Positions 9,088 to 20,140 of a DNA stretch of 64,000 bases are shown piece by piece. A model generated the notes under the pieces. That model was given only the letters and a program-made list of their open reading frames with translations, was not told the origin of the DNA and ran no database searches. The DNA is taken from positions 1 to 64,000 of IMG/VR virus record IMGVR_UViG_3300018004_000004; one strand, written 5' to 3'. The first letter of the stretch is position 1; each line of letters begins with the position of its first letter. A program made the position numbers and the translations under genes.

Positions 9088-10077
9088 ATGAATGCCGAAA
9101 CCATTAACACCGCCACCCGTAACCTTGCCGTGGATCTACGGCCCAGCACCTTTGATGAGTTCATTGGGAGTCCCTCGATCGTCAACCAGATTAGGACCCA
9201 GTTACGCTCAGGCCGTGTGCCGACTGCAATACTCTTATCGGGACCCACAGGGTGTGGCAAGACTACGTTGGCACGGTGCATTAACGCCGAGCTTAATGGA
9301 GAGCTTGTCGAGAAGAATGCCGCAGACGACACGGGGGTGGATGCTGCAAGAGCAGCTGGAGAAGAAGCTGCGCACCGACCACTTATGGGCGACTTTAAGG
9401 TCATTGTATATGATGAGGCACATCAGCTAACAAAGCAGGCACAAAATGCTCTCCTTAAACACGTGGAGGATGCTCCGCCGAGTACTGTATGGATCTTTTC
9501 CACAACCGAACCTGCTAAGATTATACCGACACTCCGCGGCCGATGTATATCGTTCGCACTCGCAGGCCTTACGCTCGAAGGTATTAGGATTCTAGTTCAG
9601 CGGGCGCTGAAACACTTAGGGAAAGGAAGGATGGATACAGGCAGTGACTTCTACAAAGCAGGGGCTTGGGATCAGAAGGTTGAAGAGTTCGCTCAGAGCC
9701 TATTTAGAGAGAACGTTACAGCCCCGCGAGCCATACTTATGGCTACTGAACGCTTCGCAGGGGGAATGGATCCCCTTGGAGCCATCTTCGGAACGCAGGA
9801 TGCACCGCAGGCTTTTGAGGTTGCTAAGGCTGTCGCCAAGAAAGACTGGGACGCCGTTCGAACAGCTCTTTCACAAGCCACGAATGAAGAAGCAACGGCC
9901 ATTCGGCTGGTTGTAGTCAACTATTTGAAGTCTATGCTGCTCAGAGACTCCGACGTCAAGAAGAGTATCTTCGTAAGTGAGGCAATCATTGAACTTACGG
10001 AGCATATTCCGGCCATAGAAGCCTTTGGCATCTCAGAACTTTCTGCTAGACTATATAATGTCTGCAGAAGGTCTTAA
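9088..10077 (+). CDS. dnaX: Clamp-loader ATPase, DNA pol III gamma/tau-like
   Basis: LRPSTFDEFIG, GPTGCGKTT, KVIVYDEAHQLT..AQNALLK, TLRGRC; AGGAG SD before ATG 9088. Confidence 0.88.
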   Translation: MNAETINTATRNLAVDLRPSTFDEFIGSPSIVNQIRTQLRSGRVPTAILLSGPTGCGKTTLARCINAELNGELVEKNAADDTGVDAARAAGEEAAHRPLMGDFKVIVYDEAHQLTKQAQNALLKHVEDAPPSTVWIFSTTEPAKIIPTLRGRCISFALAGLTLEGIRILVQRALKHLGKGRMDTGSDFYKAGAWDQKVEEFAQSLFRENVTAPRAILMATERFAGGMDPLGAIFGTQDAPQAFEVAKAVAKKDWDAVRTALSQATNEEATAIRLVVVNYLKSMLLRDSDVKKSIFVSEAIIELTEHIPAIEAFGISELSARLYNVCRRS

Positions 10078-10109
10078 CTTTAATCGCAGGCGAACAAAAG
10101 GAGAACGTT

Positions 10110-10832
10110 ATGGAGTTCGATTTGGTGAAAGAGAAGTACACTGAGCTTAGGATCAAGGCTATCCTCGATAAACTAGAGGAGCCGTTTGATCCAGATCTGA
10201 TCTACTGGAAGCCTCAGGCGATCAGTAAGAACAAAGAGAAGGCAATCGCTGCTGCTTATGCTGACCCGCGCGCATATTCAGATCGATTGAATGATGTTGT
10301 GACGCCAGCAGGATGGAGCACAAAGTATGAAGTCTTCTGTATTCCCCCTATTGCCGGACCAGTTCCCAGCGATTGGAAAAACAAGTTCAGCTATAAGGGC
10401 AAGGTCTTGGTTGTGGCTACCCTTATCATTGAAGGTGTCGGCAAGAACTCGGGGACTGGTGAGTCCGACGCTGTGGATGAAAATGCTATCACTTCCGCCG
10501 AAGCTCAAGCCTTCAAGCGAGCCGCAACTCGTTTTGGCCTGGGACGATACCTTTATGATCTACCAAAGAATCAATGGGTTCCATACGACGATACCTCTCG
10601 GCGCATCACGGAACCTCCGGAGCTTCCTGATTGGGCTATTCCAAAGAAGGAATGCGACGACTGCCACGCCAAGATAGAACCTTATCAGCACGGCGATCGT
10701 GTGATCAGCATCAGTGAACTCATTGCCAATGGACAGCGCAAGTACAAGAAGCAGTTGTGCGTTGCCTGTCAGAAGGCACGAGTGAAGCCTGTCGTTGATA
10801 AGCCAGGCGCCAAAGAAGCAATGAGTGCCTGA
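10110..10832 (+). CDS. Rad52/Rad22-family single-strand annealing protein with C-terminal zinc finger
   Basis: AYADPRAYSDRLNDV, AEAQAFKRAATRFGLGRYLYDLP, CDDC...CVAC. Confidence 0.85.
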   Translation: MEFDLVKEKYTELRIKAILDKLEEPFDPDLIYWKPQAISKNKEKAIAAAYADPRAYSDRLNDVVTPAGWSTKYEVFCIPPIAGPVPSDWKNKFSYKGKVLVVATLIIEGVGKNSGTGESDAVDENAITSAEAQAFKRAATRFGLGRYLYDLPKNQWVPYDDTSRRITEPPELPDWAIPKKECDDCHAKIEPYQHGDRVISISELIANGQRKYKKQLCVACQKARVKPVVDKPGAKEAMSA

Positions 10833-10985
10833 TGTTCTGGCCACGTAGGTGGATTACTATAGGGTCCAATACCGATTGGTTGCGGGCCCTATATCTATTC
10901 TTGAAGTGCGGTCGCGGTCCGTATGGATACATGCGGACAGATAATGCAGGAAGAGCGGTGATGGTTTGGCAAGCAAGGAGCAAGA

Positions 10986-11288
10986 GTGACTGAGATAAGG
11001 AAGCTTAAAGTAGAGCTTCCCCTTAATGATAGAGTGGAGACAGGCCCGGTACAGTTCAATGAGGACTGGCCGGGTTTCTTCATTAGAGGGGACAATGCAT
11101 TTGCTCTGCGCATGGCTATTGCCAACTACGTTGTTAATCATAATGACGTATTGGCTGGCATGCAGCTGAGAGCATGGGTGCAGATGTTGGATGGCTGTAA
11201 TGTGAATCAGAACCTGGTAAAGGAGATGCAAAGTGGGCCTATCGGTGGAAAAGAAGGAACACTACACAGTTCAGATCGTAGTTCCTGA
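10986..11288 (+). CDS. Hypothetical protein
   Basis: RVETGPVQFNEDWPGFFIRGDNA; AAGGAG SD. Confidence 0.7.
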   Translation: MTEIRKLKVELPLNDRVETGPVQFNEDWPGFFIRGDNAFALRMAIANYVVNHNDVLAGMQLRAWVQMLDGCNVNQNLVKEMQSGPIGGKEGTLHSSDRSS

Positions 11289-11398
11289 GGGTGCATATAC
11301 AGGAGCCGACGAGCTGATCGAAGATCTGACCTCGCTGGTCGAAGGCAATAGCGAGATCGAGATTGTGTCTGCGGAACTATCCCAAGAAGGAGCGTGAA

Positions 11399-12586
11399 AT
11401 GCAAGCCAAGATTAAGATTGGTGACTTGCGCGAAGCTATCACCCAGGCATCTTATACCCTTGATTCCAAAGCATCTAGTGTGGGATCATGGATGTATCTG
11501 ATTGCCATGGCTGCAACAGAGAAGGACGAGTCCAGGATGTATGTCTATACCAGTAACCTGGGTATGGCACGTACGCTATTGAAGATACCTGCTGATGTAA
11601 TCAAGAGCGGGTATGCTTTGATTGTTCCTCGGCTGCTCGGCCAGACGATCGGTAACCTACCTGCCGAAGAGGAGATCGAGATAGGCTTGAGTGCCTCCGG
11701 CGCCAAGCTACAGGTGAAGTATGGCACACTCAAAAGTGAAATCGCAGTTCATGCGGATGGTCAGAAGGCAAGCGAAGTACTTTCGTCTATTCCATTCAAT
11801 GCCAAGCCTTGTTTTACTGTATCCGCGGCAACGTTGGTTGACCTCATCAATCGAACAGCCTTTTGTACTGCCTCGGGGTCGAATGCGATCACGGAGGGAC
11901 CATGGCTTTCGTCAGTACTGTTGGAGGCTAGCAACGGCGCTCTCGTGGGAACGGCTACCAATCGAATCATTGCCGGCCAGTGTGAAGTACATGATCCGTT
12001 GGTTACGAGCGTCTTCAGCGGGGGCATACATCGAGATGCTCTTGTGGCCCTCAAGGCCATTCTCTCCCGAAAGAAAGAAGAAGAGGTGACCGTCACCAAT
12101 GCTACCTCTAACACCGGTGCAACGAACGAGATCCTTTTTCGCTTTTCGGATGCTATCCTGGGTATTCGGCAGCTCGCGAAACCCTACCCAAAGGCGGTGG
12201 CGAAGATTTTCACCGTGCCTGGTGAACATCGAACAGCCACCATCAATAGAGCCCAGCTCATCAACGTGCTGGCTCGACTCTCGGCCTACGCAGAGAAAGG
12301 AACACTTTCTCTCACGTTCAACGGTTCGACAGTGGTCTGTGCTACCCGGGGGTATGGTAGCGCATTCCAAGAGAGTGTGGCCAAGACCGAAAAGTCCGAA
12401 GGACCAACGACTGTCGGCCTTGGCTTGTCGGATTTATCCAATGTCCTCTCTGTTATGAAGAGCGAAGACGTTGTCTTCCGCTATGGATCGGACTCGGATC
12501 ACATCCACGTACAGGAAGGAGAATCGAACTTCAAGTACGTACTGTCGCCGGCTGAGATCGAGTGGGGCAACAAAGGAAAGAAATAA
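11399..12586 (+). CDS. dnaN: DNA polymerase III beta-like sliding clamp
   Basis: About 395 aa three-domain pattern: LVDLINRTAFC, LVGTATN, KPYPK..KIF, INRAQLINVLARL, LSNVLSVM, FKYVLSP. Confidence 0.75.
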   Translation: MQAKIKIGDLREAITQASYTLDSKASSVGSWMYLIAMAATEKDESRMYVYTSNLGMARTLLKIPADVIKSGYALIVPRLLGQTIGNLPAEEEIEIGLSASGAKLQVKYGTLKSEIAVHADGQKASEVLSSIPFNAKPCFTVSAATLVDLINRTAFCTASGSNAITEGPWLSSVLLEASNGALVGTATNRIIAGQCEVHDPLVTSVFSGGIHRDALVALKAILSRKKEEEVTVTNATSNTGATNEILFRFSDAILGIRQLAKPYPKAVAKIFTVPGEHRTATINRAQLINVLARLSAYAEKGTLSLTFNGSTVVCATRGYGSAFQESVAKTEKSEGPTTVGLGLSDLSNVLSVMKSEDVVFRYGSDSDHIHVQEGESNFKYVLSPAEIEWGNKGKK

Positions 12587-13626
12587 TGAAGCATATTCTA
12601 CAGTTCATTCTGTGGAAGCTTCGCAGTAAGGATTTCTGGTTGCTCGTGCTCGGCTCCTTCGCCATGTATCTAGGTTGGATGCTGCGCGCGAACATGAGAG
12701 AATCAATCTGGCAGTCCTATCAGCAAGGCCCGATAGGAAAGAGCACGGTGCACTTCTAATGTATAATCGAGCTGCTGCTAAGGTCAAGATAGTCTTGAGA
12801 GACAATAGTGATTATGCCAGAGAGCATGTCTATCTCAGGGCCGTCTTGACTCTCCATAATAGTTGGCTTGAAGTCAAAGGTATTCATGTAACGAAAGACT
12901 ATAAGCCAAAGAGCGGACCTTGGGACCCGGCTGAGCGTGGTACACGCAAAGCTAAGCCTGTGAATCGTATTTATCCTGAGGCTGCGGTGCGGTATGTTGA
13001 GATCAACAACGAGAAGGTTGATCTACGTAAGTTCAAGAAGGAGGCCTGATGGGTTGGTCACGACCACACTCCATTGTTGTTGAGGAGAGGCTTCTCAGTT
13101 GGTTCCTTACCAAGAGAACCTTTCCCATGACGTTGGATCAGCTGGCCGAGGTAGTGCGAAACACTTCCGGCCCAGCTCATATCAAGAACTATACTGAGTA
13201 CCTTACCTTGCAGAAGCAGATAAGGGAGCTCAACAATCCGAAGCTGAGTGGAGTTGTCCATGCCAAGTAAGGTCATGGTAATGTGGCGCCTTTGCGACTG
13301 GTACTTGAAGTCCAATGTACCTATGCCGCAAGACCAGCTGATTGAGATCTTCAAGGCTATTACCAAGCCAACGAAGAGACCTTACTTGGATGAGCACGGT
13401 GAGCCTTTGTCGTGGGACGACAAGGTAAACAAGGAGACCATTGCGACCTGGCAGAAGGTTGCTGCCATGGTTCGCTACATGTATGGCACTCTCCTGAAAA
13501 GGAAGACCGACAGTTGGGACCTTCATTGGATTTGGATCAATCATCGGCATGAGTTCCCTAAGCTCTTCGATGAAGACGAAGTTAAACAGGACTTGAAGAA
13601 GGCCAAGAAGCTGGAGGCCAAGCAAA

Positions 13627-13902
13627 ATGTTTCTGAATGAGGTGAAGTTTGGAGCCGTTGTTCGCTATAATACCGGCTACTATAGAGTCACAGGACTTCG
13701 TGAAGTGAACGGCGAGATTCGTGTCGAGCTGGCACTGCCAGCAGGCACGGAGCTGTACGTTGTCTCTCCGAAAGAGCTGTTCCATCTGACACCTATTGAG
13801 AGAGAAGAAGGACCTGAAATCAGGAACATATTTGAAGTGGAGATCGCAGAGACAGTAGCTAGACAACTAGCTAGTAGTGGTCATCTAGATCGGGAGGTCT
13901 GA
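13627..13902 (+). CDS. Small beta-rich hypothetical protein; ends in tag HLDREV
   Basis: GGAGG SD; C-terminal motif. Confidence 0.7.
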   Translation: MFLNEVKFGAVVRYNTGYYRVTGLREVNGEIRVELALPAGTELYVVSPKELFHLTPIEREEGPEIRNIFEVEIAETVARQLASSGHLDREV

Positions 13903-14597
13903 TGCTAGACTTCGGAGAGGATCTCTTTGAGAAGGAAAACGTTCTGGCAGTCATTAAAGACCTATCGGTTCCTTGTTATGATTGCCGGCTGGGACATTGC
14001 CAGAAAGCCAAACAGAATCGTGGGCTTGTCTGGCGTGGGAATCCGACGTCTCGAATCGCTGCAGTCTCTATCATGCCTGGTCCCACGGAGATGGAGACAG
14101 GTAAGCCCCTTACTGGCAAGTCCGGCAAGTTATTCGACAAGTGGTTCAAGTACATCAATCTTGACACCAACTCCGACTGTCTTGTCATCAACGTCGTCCA
14201 GTGTAAGCCGCCGGACGTCGAGAAGAAAGACGGGGAGGTAAGTCAACGTGAACCTGAGCTTGATGAGCTCGCCGTTTGTTTTCCGAATCGTTGCCTCCGC
14301 ATCCTCAGGGCAATGCCTAATCTCGAAGTCGTTGTTACTATGGGTTGGTCCGCAGCAAAATGCTTGCTCGGTGGAGACCCCAAAGACACCAGTCACATGG
14401 GGCATTGGTATGCCACTACTGTGCTGCCCGGTAAAGCTATTTACTGCTTGCCGCACCCAGCCGCGCTTCTCAGGGAGCCCGACAACCTTGACAAAAAGTA
14501 CAAGCTGATCAAGTGCCTCGATCGTTTCAAGCGTCAGTACCTGGATGTAGATAAGGTGGTGGAACTTGCCGCAGAAGTCTATCAAAATCACTCGTAA
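13902..14597 (+). CDS. Uracil-DNA glycosylase, family 4 (Fe-S type)
   Basis: CYDCRL, PG..E.ETGKPLTGKSGKL, NVVQCKPP, HPAALLR. Confidence 0.88.
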   Translation: MLDFGEDLFEKENVLAVIKDLSVPCYDCRLGHCQKAKQNRGLVWRGNPTSRIAAVSIMPGPTEMETGKPLTGKSGKLFDKWFKYINLDTNSDCLVINVVQCKPPDVEKKDGEVSQREPELDELAVCFPNRCLRILRAMPNLEVVVTMGWSAAKCLLGGDPKDTSHMGHWYATTVLPGKAIYCLPHPAALLREPDNLDKKYKLIKCLDRFKRQYLDVDKVVELAAEVYQNHS

Positions 14598-15375
14598 AGA
14601 TCCCACGCCTGGGACCTGTTATATCCATACAGGTTCCGGCTGGAACTCTCACAACAGTCCTCCGGACTATAAGAGCTGTGAGATTGAGTTCAAAGGCCCT
14701 CGTGGTAAGCGTCAGCATACACAGTACTTAACTGGTGCTGACTTCAGGAAGTTCGCTCAGCTTCTTACTACTTGCGGCGCGGCCGACAAGAAGGTCAAGG
14801 AAGATCTGCTCGAGCTTCTATGTTATCTATACTTCCAGTCAGGGAAGAGGGTAGCAATGTACCTGGATAATGCCCAGGAGATAGCTGCAGTATTGAACAT
14901 GTTCGCCGACGAGTTGGAGAAGAAGCTTGGGCATCCTCTATGACTCCTGAAGAACAGAAGTTAGGATTTGAGAGGATCTATATCGACGTCTCTTGTGCCG
15001 GTCTAGGAGAGAAGAGGGCCCGTAACTATGGGCTCGGGTTTCGTAGGACACAAGACGGCCAGATAGAAGTATCGATTGGTCGTAAAGGTTCTACTTACTA
15101 TCATTCACCTACTCTGGCTACTGCCTGGGCTAAGCTCCTGCCTTCTCAAGCACATGAGATGTGCTGTGCTATTATGCACTTGATTGGGAAGGAGTTCCCT
15201 TGTGAGGGTGAGGGTGTGCTGCAGAAAGGTAATCATCAGGCAAATCTGCGCATGAATCTAGACTTCACAGTGGATCTCTGCTCGGTATTGAAGAACCCCG
15301 ATGCAGTAAAGACGGAGATCTTGAAGCAAGTGACACAGAAGCTGAACGGAGTTAGTATACTTTCGGAGGCAAGCA

Positions 15376-15978
15376 ATGCAAAAGCAGTATGACTTTACTA
15401 TTCCCATGGTTGAGGAACGAGATGGGAATCGCATCAAGGTATACGATATCTTCTCGTTGCTGAACAAGGAAAGGATCGTCATGATTGGTACTCCGATCAT
15501 GGACTACACCGCGGCGATCGTGGTGGCACAGCTCCTGTTCCTCGAGAAGGAAGACAAGACCAAGCCGATCATGCTCTACATCAATAGCCCAGGTGGAGAC
15601 ATCACTGCTGGGCTGGCGATTAGAGATACGATGCGGTTGATTCGGCCGTCTGTTCATACCATTGGGTTTGGACAGTGTGCCTCTATGGCGGCTACCTTGC
15701 TGACTGCCGGCGAGAAGGGACACCGTTATGTTCTGCCTAGCACGCGCGTCCTGATCCACCAACCGTGGTCTGGTGGCGGTGGCGGACAGCAAAGCGACGT
15801 GGAACTCCAAGCCAAGGAGCTCCGCCGCATGAGAGACCAGATCGAGAAGTATCTGTCACAGGATACCGGCCAGACCCTAGAGAAGATCCACGCCGACTGC
15901 GATCGTGACTACATTATGGAGGCCGAAGAGGCAGTGGCTTATGGCATCGCCGACAAAGTCCTCACAAAGCGTACATAA
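15376..15978 (+). CDS. clpP: ATP-dependent Clp protease proteolytic subunit
   Basis: DIFSLLNKERIV, YINSPGG, CASMA (catalytic Ser), LIHQP (His), DRD. Confidence 0.96.
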   Translation: MQKQYDFTIPMVEERDGNRIKVYDIFSLLNKERIVMIGTPIMDYTAAIVVAQLLFLEKEDKTKPIMLYINSPGGDITAGLAIRDTMRLIRPSVHTIGFGQCASMAATLLTAGEKGHRYVLPSTRVLIHQPWSGGGGGQQSDVELQAKELRRMRDQIEKYLSQDTGQTLEKIHADCDRDYIMEAEEAVAYGIADKVLTKRT

Positions 15979-16155
15979 GTCCCGTTATGTGTTGTACATG
16001 CGGCTAGCAAGGATTGGCCCCAAGAAAGAGTGGCCCGATAAGGCTACTCGTACAACAGTTTATTGTGCTAAGACTGTAGATCCTAACTTCCTTCTGTCCG
16101 AAGCTACGGATATGACTCAGCGTTTGCTTTCTAAAATCAACCAGGTGGTAAAGCC

Positions 16156-17229
16156 ATGCAAGCAAAAGACATTGCCGAAGCCAACCTGATTTACAAGGTG
16201 AGGTGCGGTAGCCATGCCTACGGGACTAATCTCCCTACGTCTGATGAAGACTTTGCTGGTATTTTCATTCCGCCCATTGAGTACTACTTCGGACTACGGG
16301 CCTTCGATCTGCTGTCAGAGCAGAGTGAAGAAGACCGCAGTTATTACTCGCTGCGGAAGTATGCAACGCTGGCAGTTGCTAATAATCCAAACGTGCTCGA
16401 GTTGCTCTTCGTGGACCCAAGCGATGTACTCCTATGCCTTCCTGAAGCAAAAGCGCTGCGGGAAATACGTCATAGGTTCCTGAGTCAGCGGGCCCAGAAG
16501 ACGTTCGTTGGTTATGCTAAGGCCCAGCTCCATCGGATCCGTACGCATACCAAGTGGCTACAGCAAGAGATGGATGACATGGCTAAGCTGGAGCCTCTTG
16601 TTCGCGCGGGGAACGTCTCGAAAGAATGGGTAGCCTGGCGCTTCGGCGAGAATATGCTGGAGCGTGTGAAGGATATGTGGGACAATAAATCGATCTTGTA
16701 TCTGAAGTCAGAGACGGAGGTCCTGGAGATCTTTCGAACGTCCAACATCATTTGCCCTGAGAGGAACGATCAAAAGTTCTTCAAGCTTGGTCAACCTCGT
16801 ATGTTCAATGGCAATATTGATCAGACGTGGGAGTTTCAGAAGCACATTTACGATGAAGCAAAGAAGAAGAGGGATCAATATGTTACTTGGATGGCTGAAA
16901 GAAACTCTGACCGGCATGAAACAGAGATACGGTTTGGGTACGACACTAAGCATGCTATGCATCTGGTCCGCCTGCTTCGTTCTGGTTATGAGATACTTAC
17001 CACAGGCGATCTGCTGGTTCGCCGGCCCGACGCACAGGAACTCCTTTCTATTAGGGCTGGTAAGTGGTCTTATGACCAGGTGGTAAGCTACGCCGATGAA
17101 ATGGTGGCAAAGATCGATAGTATTCCACCTGAACAGTTTAAGGTACCAGCTACGCCTGACCTCGAGACGATATCGAAAACGATTGTCGACATGACATCTG
17201 AGTATCTGTTCTTTGGAGATCGCAGATGA
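16156..17229 (+). CDS. Pol-beta superfamily nucleotidyltransferase (YcgL/RlaP-like)
   Basis: GSHAYGTN.PTSDED.GIF, NNPNVLELL, GYDTKHAMHLVRLL, ELLSIRAG. Confidence 0.85.
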   Translation: MQAKDIAEANLIYKVRCGSHAYGTNLPTSDEDFAGIFIPPIEYYFGLRAFDLLSEQSEEDRSYYSLRKYATLAVANNPNVLELLFVDPSDVLLCLPEAKALREIRHRFLSQRAQKTFVGYAKAQLHRIRTHTKWLQQEMDDMAKLEPLVRAGNVSKEWVAWRFGENMLERVKDMWDNKSILYLKSETEVLEIFRTSNIICPERNDQKFFKLGQPRMFNGNIDQTWEFQKHIYDEAKKKRDQYVTWMAERNSDRHETEIRFGYDTKHAMHLVRLLRSGYEILTTGDLLVRRPDAQELLSIRAGKWSYDQVVSYADEMVAKIDSIPPEQFKVPATPDLETISKTIVDMTSEYLFFGDRR

Positions 17230-18071
17230 ACAACGAGCGAATCAACAGCTGGCTCGCAGCTATGAAGCCTATAGAGGAGGTGCAGCAGGATACCTATCCT
17301 ACACTGCACCTATTGAATGAAGAGGGATGGAATGCCTCCCATTTGGAAGAGCCACTGGGCAGTAACTCCATTCATGAGAAGTGGGGTCAACTCAGCAAAG
17401 ACTCTCGCACTGTCGTGACGGATGTCGTCCTGAAAGCGAATGACGAGGACCTGCTCGAGGTTCAGGACATGACAGACAAGGAGCTTCGAACCCGTAAGGG
17501 AATGGTACTCCTGGAACAGACGCGCGATAAGGTCTGTTCACAGATTAACAATACCTACATCCAGCTGCTTAAGTATCAAGCAGTTAGGGAGCATGGGCTC
17601 TTTGAAGTGGAGCGGCGCCACCGCTGTAAGCTGATCAGGGAAGGGCACATGGCTGATAACCTAGATGCTTTCACTTCCCGATTCTTGTTCGGCGATAAGC
17701 CGGCGCCATACACGAATAACTCTAAGCCTGCGAGGCCACGCGACTTCGTTGTCTGCCGTACTCCGACTGGCAAGAACGTTGCTGTGGAAGAGATCTGGTT
17801 TGACTTCCCGTCGATGTACAACAAGACAATGCTGGATCTCCTCGAGACAGCAAACTTGTACAAGAAACCCAGCTACTATTACGAGGGGTATGAGCATGAC
17901 ATTCCTCATCGTGTGCATATGCCAATCGCGCAGTTTTATTACAAGTATGGGTTTAAGCCCAAGAAAGAGGTGACCGGCTACTTCAAGATCACTCGCTGGG
18001 GTTATGATGACTCCTGGCATTTGTCTCACACAAGATCCTACAAGACGTCGGAGCTGGTGCCTCTAGACTAA
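17226..18071 (+). CDS. Hypothetical protein
   Basis: 281 aa coupled ORF. Confidence 0.7.
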   Translation: MNNERINSWLAAMKPIEEVQQDTYPTLHLLNEEGWNASHLEEPLGSNSIHEKWGQLSKDSRTVVTDVVLKANDEDLLEVQDMTDKELRTRKGMVLLEQTRDKVCSQINNTYIQLLKYQAVREHGLFEVERRHRCKLIREGHMADNLDAFTSRFLFGDKPAPYTNNSKPARPRDFVVCRTPTGKNVAVEEIWFDFPSMYNKTMLDLLETANLYKKPSYYYEGYEHDIPHRVHMPIAQFYYKYGFKPKKEVTGYFKITRWGYDDSWHLSHTRSYKTSELVPLD

Positions 18072-18889
18072 TGGCCAAGAAGAAGCAAGACTCTATTCCC
18101 GGGCCGCCGGTGCCTTCTGGAGGGTATTCCCTGCCTCTGATAATGATTGGGCAGATGGAGAACTTCGTTAAGGAAGTTGGCGCCAAGACAGTAACGACTA
18201 CGGTGCCTCCTCTGCCTCCGCTTAAGAAGTTCGAAGACGAGATCAAGCCCAAGCCTGTCATCGTTATCAAGAAAAAGAAGAAGGTCACTAAGAAGAAGGT
18301 GGCCAAGAAGAAAGAGAAGCCCAAGGAAGAGCCGGAACGGCCAAGTCCTTTCAAGCCTGGCGATGAAGTCTGGGTCGAGTGTGGCAGCGAGTGGAAGAAG
18401 TTCAAGGTTGTGAAGTGCGGCAAGCCACAGAAAGGTTCCAAGGATTGGACCTATGACCTTAAGAATGAGCGAGATGAGGCCCGCAGCAGTAACGAATGCG
18501 AGATGATACCCGCCCAGGTCTTTACCTTGATAGCAACCGACGCCGTCAAGATGAAGGAGCCTGGCTGGACTGCCGCCTTGAATGATCAGTTCGACGGCAA
18601 GGCCAAGATCTTTGCCGTGTACCGCAAAGGTCAGAAAAGACCTTGGTGCTATTATGTCATTCCGGATCCTGAAAAGGTCTGGAAGGAATACAAATGGAAA
18701 GGCAAGAACTATTATGGCGCCACGGAAGACATGACAGCTACACTTCAAGTGCATTCTTCCTCTCACCAAATGCTTCGCCTTATCCCCATTGCCTCGGCGC
18801 CCAGCGAAATCCTGAGCTACTTGGGCCTTAAGGTTTACAACCGCCAGTACAAGAGAGATGACAATGGTGAAGATACTGAGGCAGGATAG
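18071..18889 (+). CDS. Lys/Pro-rich hypothetical protein
   Basis: 272 aa coupled ORF with basic low-complexity segment. Confidence 0.7.
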   Translation: MAKKKQDSIPGPPVPSGGYSLPLIMIGQMENFVKEVGAKTVTTTVPPLPPLKKFEDEIKPKPVIVIKKKKKVTKKKVAKKKEKPKEEPERPSPFKPGDEVWVECGSEWKKFKVVKCGKPQKGSKDWTYDLKNERDEARSSNECEMIPAQVFTLIATDAVKMKEPGWTAALNDQFDGKAKIFAVYRKGQKRPWCYYVIPDPEKVWKEYKWKGKNYYGATEDMTATLQVHSSSHQMLRLIPIASAPSEILSYLGLKVYNRQYKRDDNGEDTEAG

Positions 18890-19622
18890 ACCTCCCGAGT
18901 ATAGGGAAGGTCAGATGTTCGACCTCAGTTTCATGTACAGTAAGCAGTGCGACTTGTCGTGCTCCTTCTGTATGTACTCCTCAGGTCCTCAGGTCTACGA
19001 TCGTATGGACCTGCAGAAGTTTCGGAGTTGGATGAAGACCGTCCGTTGGGGTTTGATCAACGGTATTGGAATCTATGGAGGAGAGCCCTCTCTATTCCTG
19101 AAAGAGAACTCTATTATCCTTGAGCACACCAACAGTGTCCCTCGATTCTGCATCACGAACGGGACATGGAGCAAAAGTCCTGTCTCTACTGCGGCGTTCA
19201 TGCTTTGGGCCCTTGGCTGGAAGGTCCAGGTGTTCGTCTCTGGTACTGATCAGCACGTCGCCTTTCAGGATCGCGCAATGCTTGAGTATCTATCGCACAC
19301 TTATCCTACCATGGTGCGGCTTAAAGCCCCAGACACCCAAATCCTCCCTATGGGAAGACTTATTGGGGAACAAGTGAAGTGCACCGTTAAGTGCATGAGA
19401 CCGCGGTACATAGCTCCCACTCGTATTGCCGTCCAGCCGGACGGAACAATCATTTATCAGTCTTGCGATGGAGTCTATCCTGTGATAGGATCATGGGATA
19501 CAGATACGTTCGACGACATCGTGAAGAAGGTGGACGAATACACCCAACAGGGATTCCGTGCTGTGTGTCCCTACTATGAGGAGAGATGTCGGATAAAAAG
19601 CCTTTCGCAGGTTACCACGTAG
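18858..19622 (+). CDS. Radical SAM protein with partial SPASM/twitch-like C-terminus
   Basis: CDLSCSFC (CxxxCxxC), YGGEP, ITNG, C...IAVQPDGTI...C. Confidence 0.85.
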   Translation: MTMVKILRQDRPPEYREGQMFDLSFMYSKQCDLSCSFCMYSSGPQVYDRMDLQKFRSWMKTVRWGLINGIGIYGGEPSLFLKENSIILEHTNSVPRFCITNGTWSKSPVSTAAFMLWALGWKVQVFVSGTDQHVAFQDRAMLEYLSHTYPTMVRLKAPDTQILPMGRLIGEQVKCTVKCMRPRYIAPTRIAVQPDGTIIYQSCDGVYPVIGSWDTDTFDDIVKKVDEYTQQGFRAVCPYYEERCRIKSLSQVTT

Positions 19623-20140
19623 GCCAGACTATCTGGCAGCATGCGTCGTATTCGAAGGACGCATGGAGAGGATGTACTATCACAAGCATAGATCATACCG
19701 GCAATAGCGGGTATGGTAGTATGCGGGTGAAGCAGTTAGAGGGTACAAAGCAGGCTACTTTGTATGGCGGGTCTTATCATGCCATGACTCCTTTTGGAGT
19801 GGCCGGCCATGTGCCTCTTCATACCATCTACCTATTAGGTACTGGTATCGGAGAGCATTTCAACTGGCGCTTCGGTACAGACTTTGAAGTCTATACCTGC
19901 TGCACCCGGATGATTACGCCAGGTAAGGCACTGGGATTCTTGATCATACCTGAAGGTAGTCTGTACTCAGCTACGGAGGTGTACAAACATCCGGCCTACA
20001 AGACCTGGGTGGTAGCACCGAACCTGAGTGAGCTCTTCAGTTTTCTGGGCAACAAGTTGCCCGAGATCGCAGAGGTACATGAGCTAATCAATGGGAAGCA
20101 AAAAGCCAGCGTTCCAGACAATATCGTCCAAGCAGATTGA
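19586..20140 (+). CDS. Hypothetical protein
   Basis: GAGGAG SD, clean ORF. Confidence 0.7.
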   Translation: MSDKKPFAGYHVGQTIWQHASYSKDAWRGCTITSIDHTGNSGYGSMRVKQLEGTKQATLYGGSYHAMTPFGVAGHVPLHTIYLLGTGIGEHFNWRFGTDFEVYTCCTRMITPGKALGFLIIPEGSLYSATEVYKHPAYKTWVVAPNLSELFSFLGNKLPEIAEVHELINGKQKASVPDNIVQAD

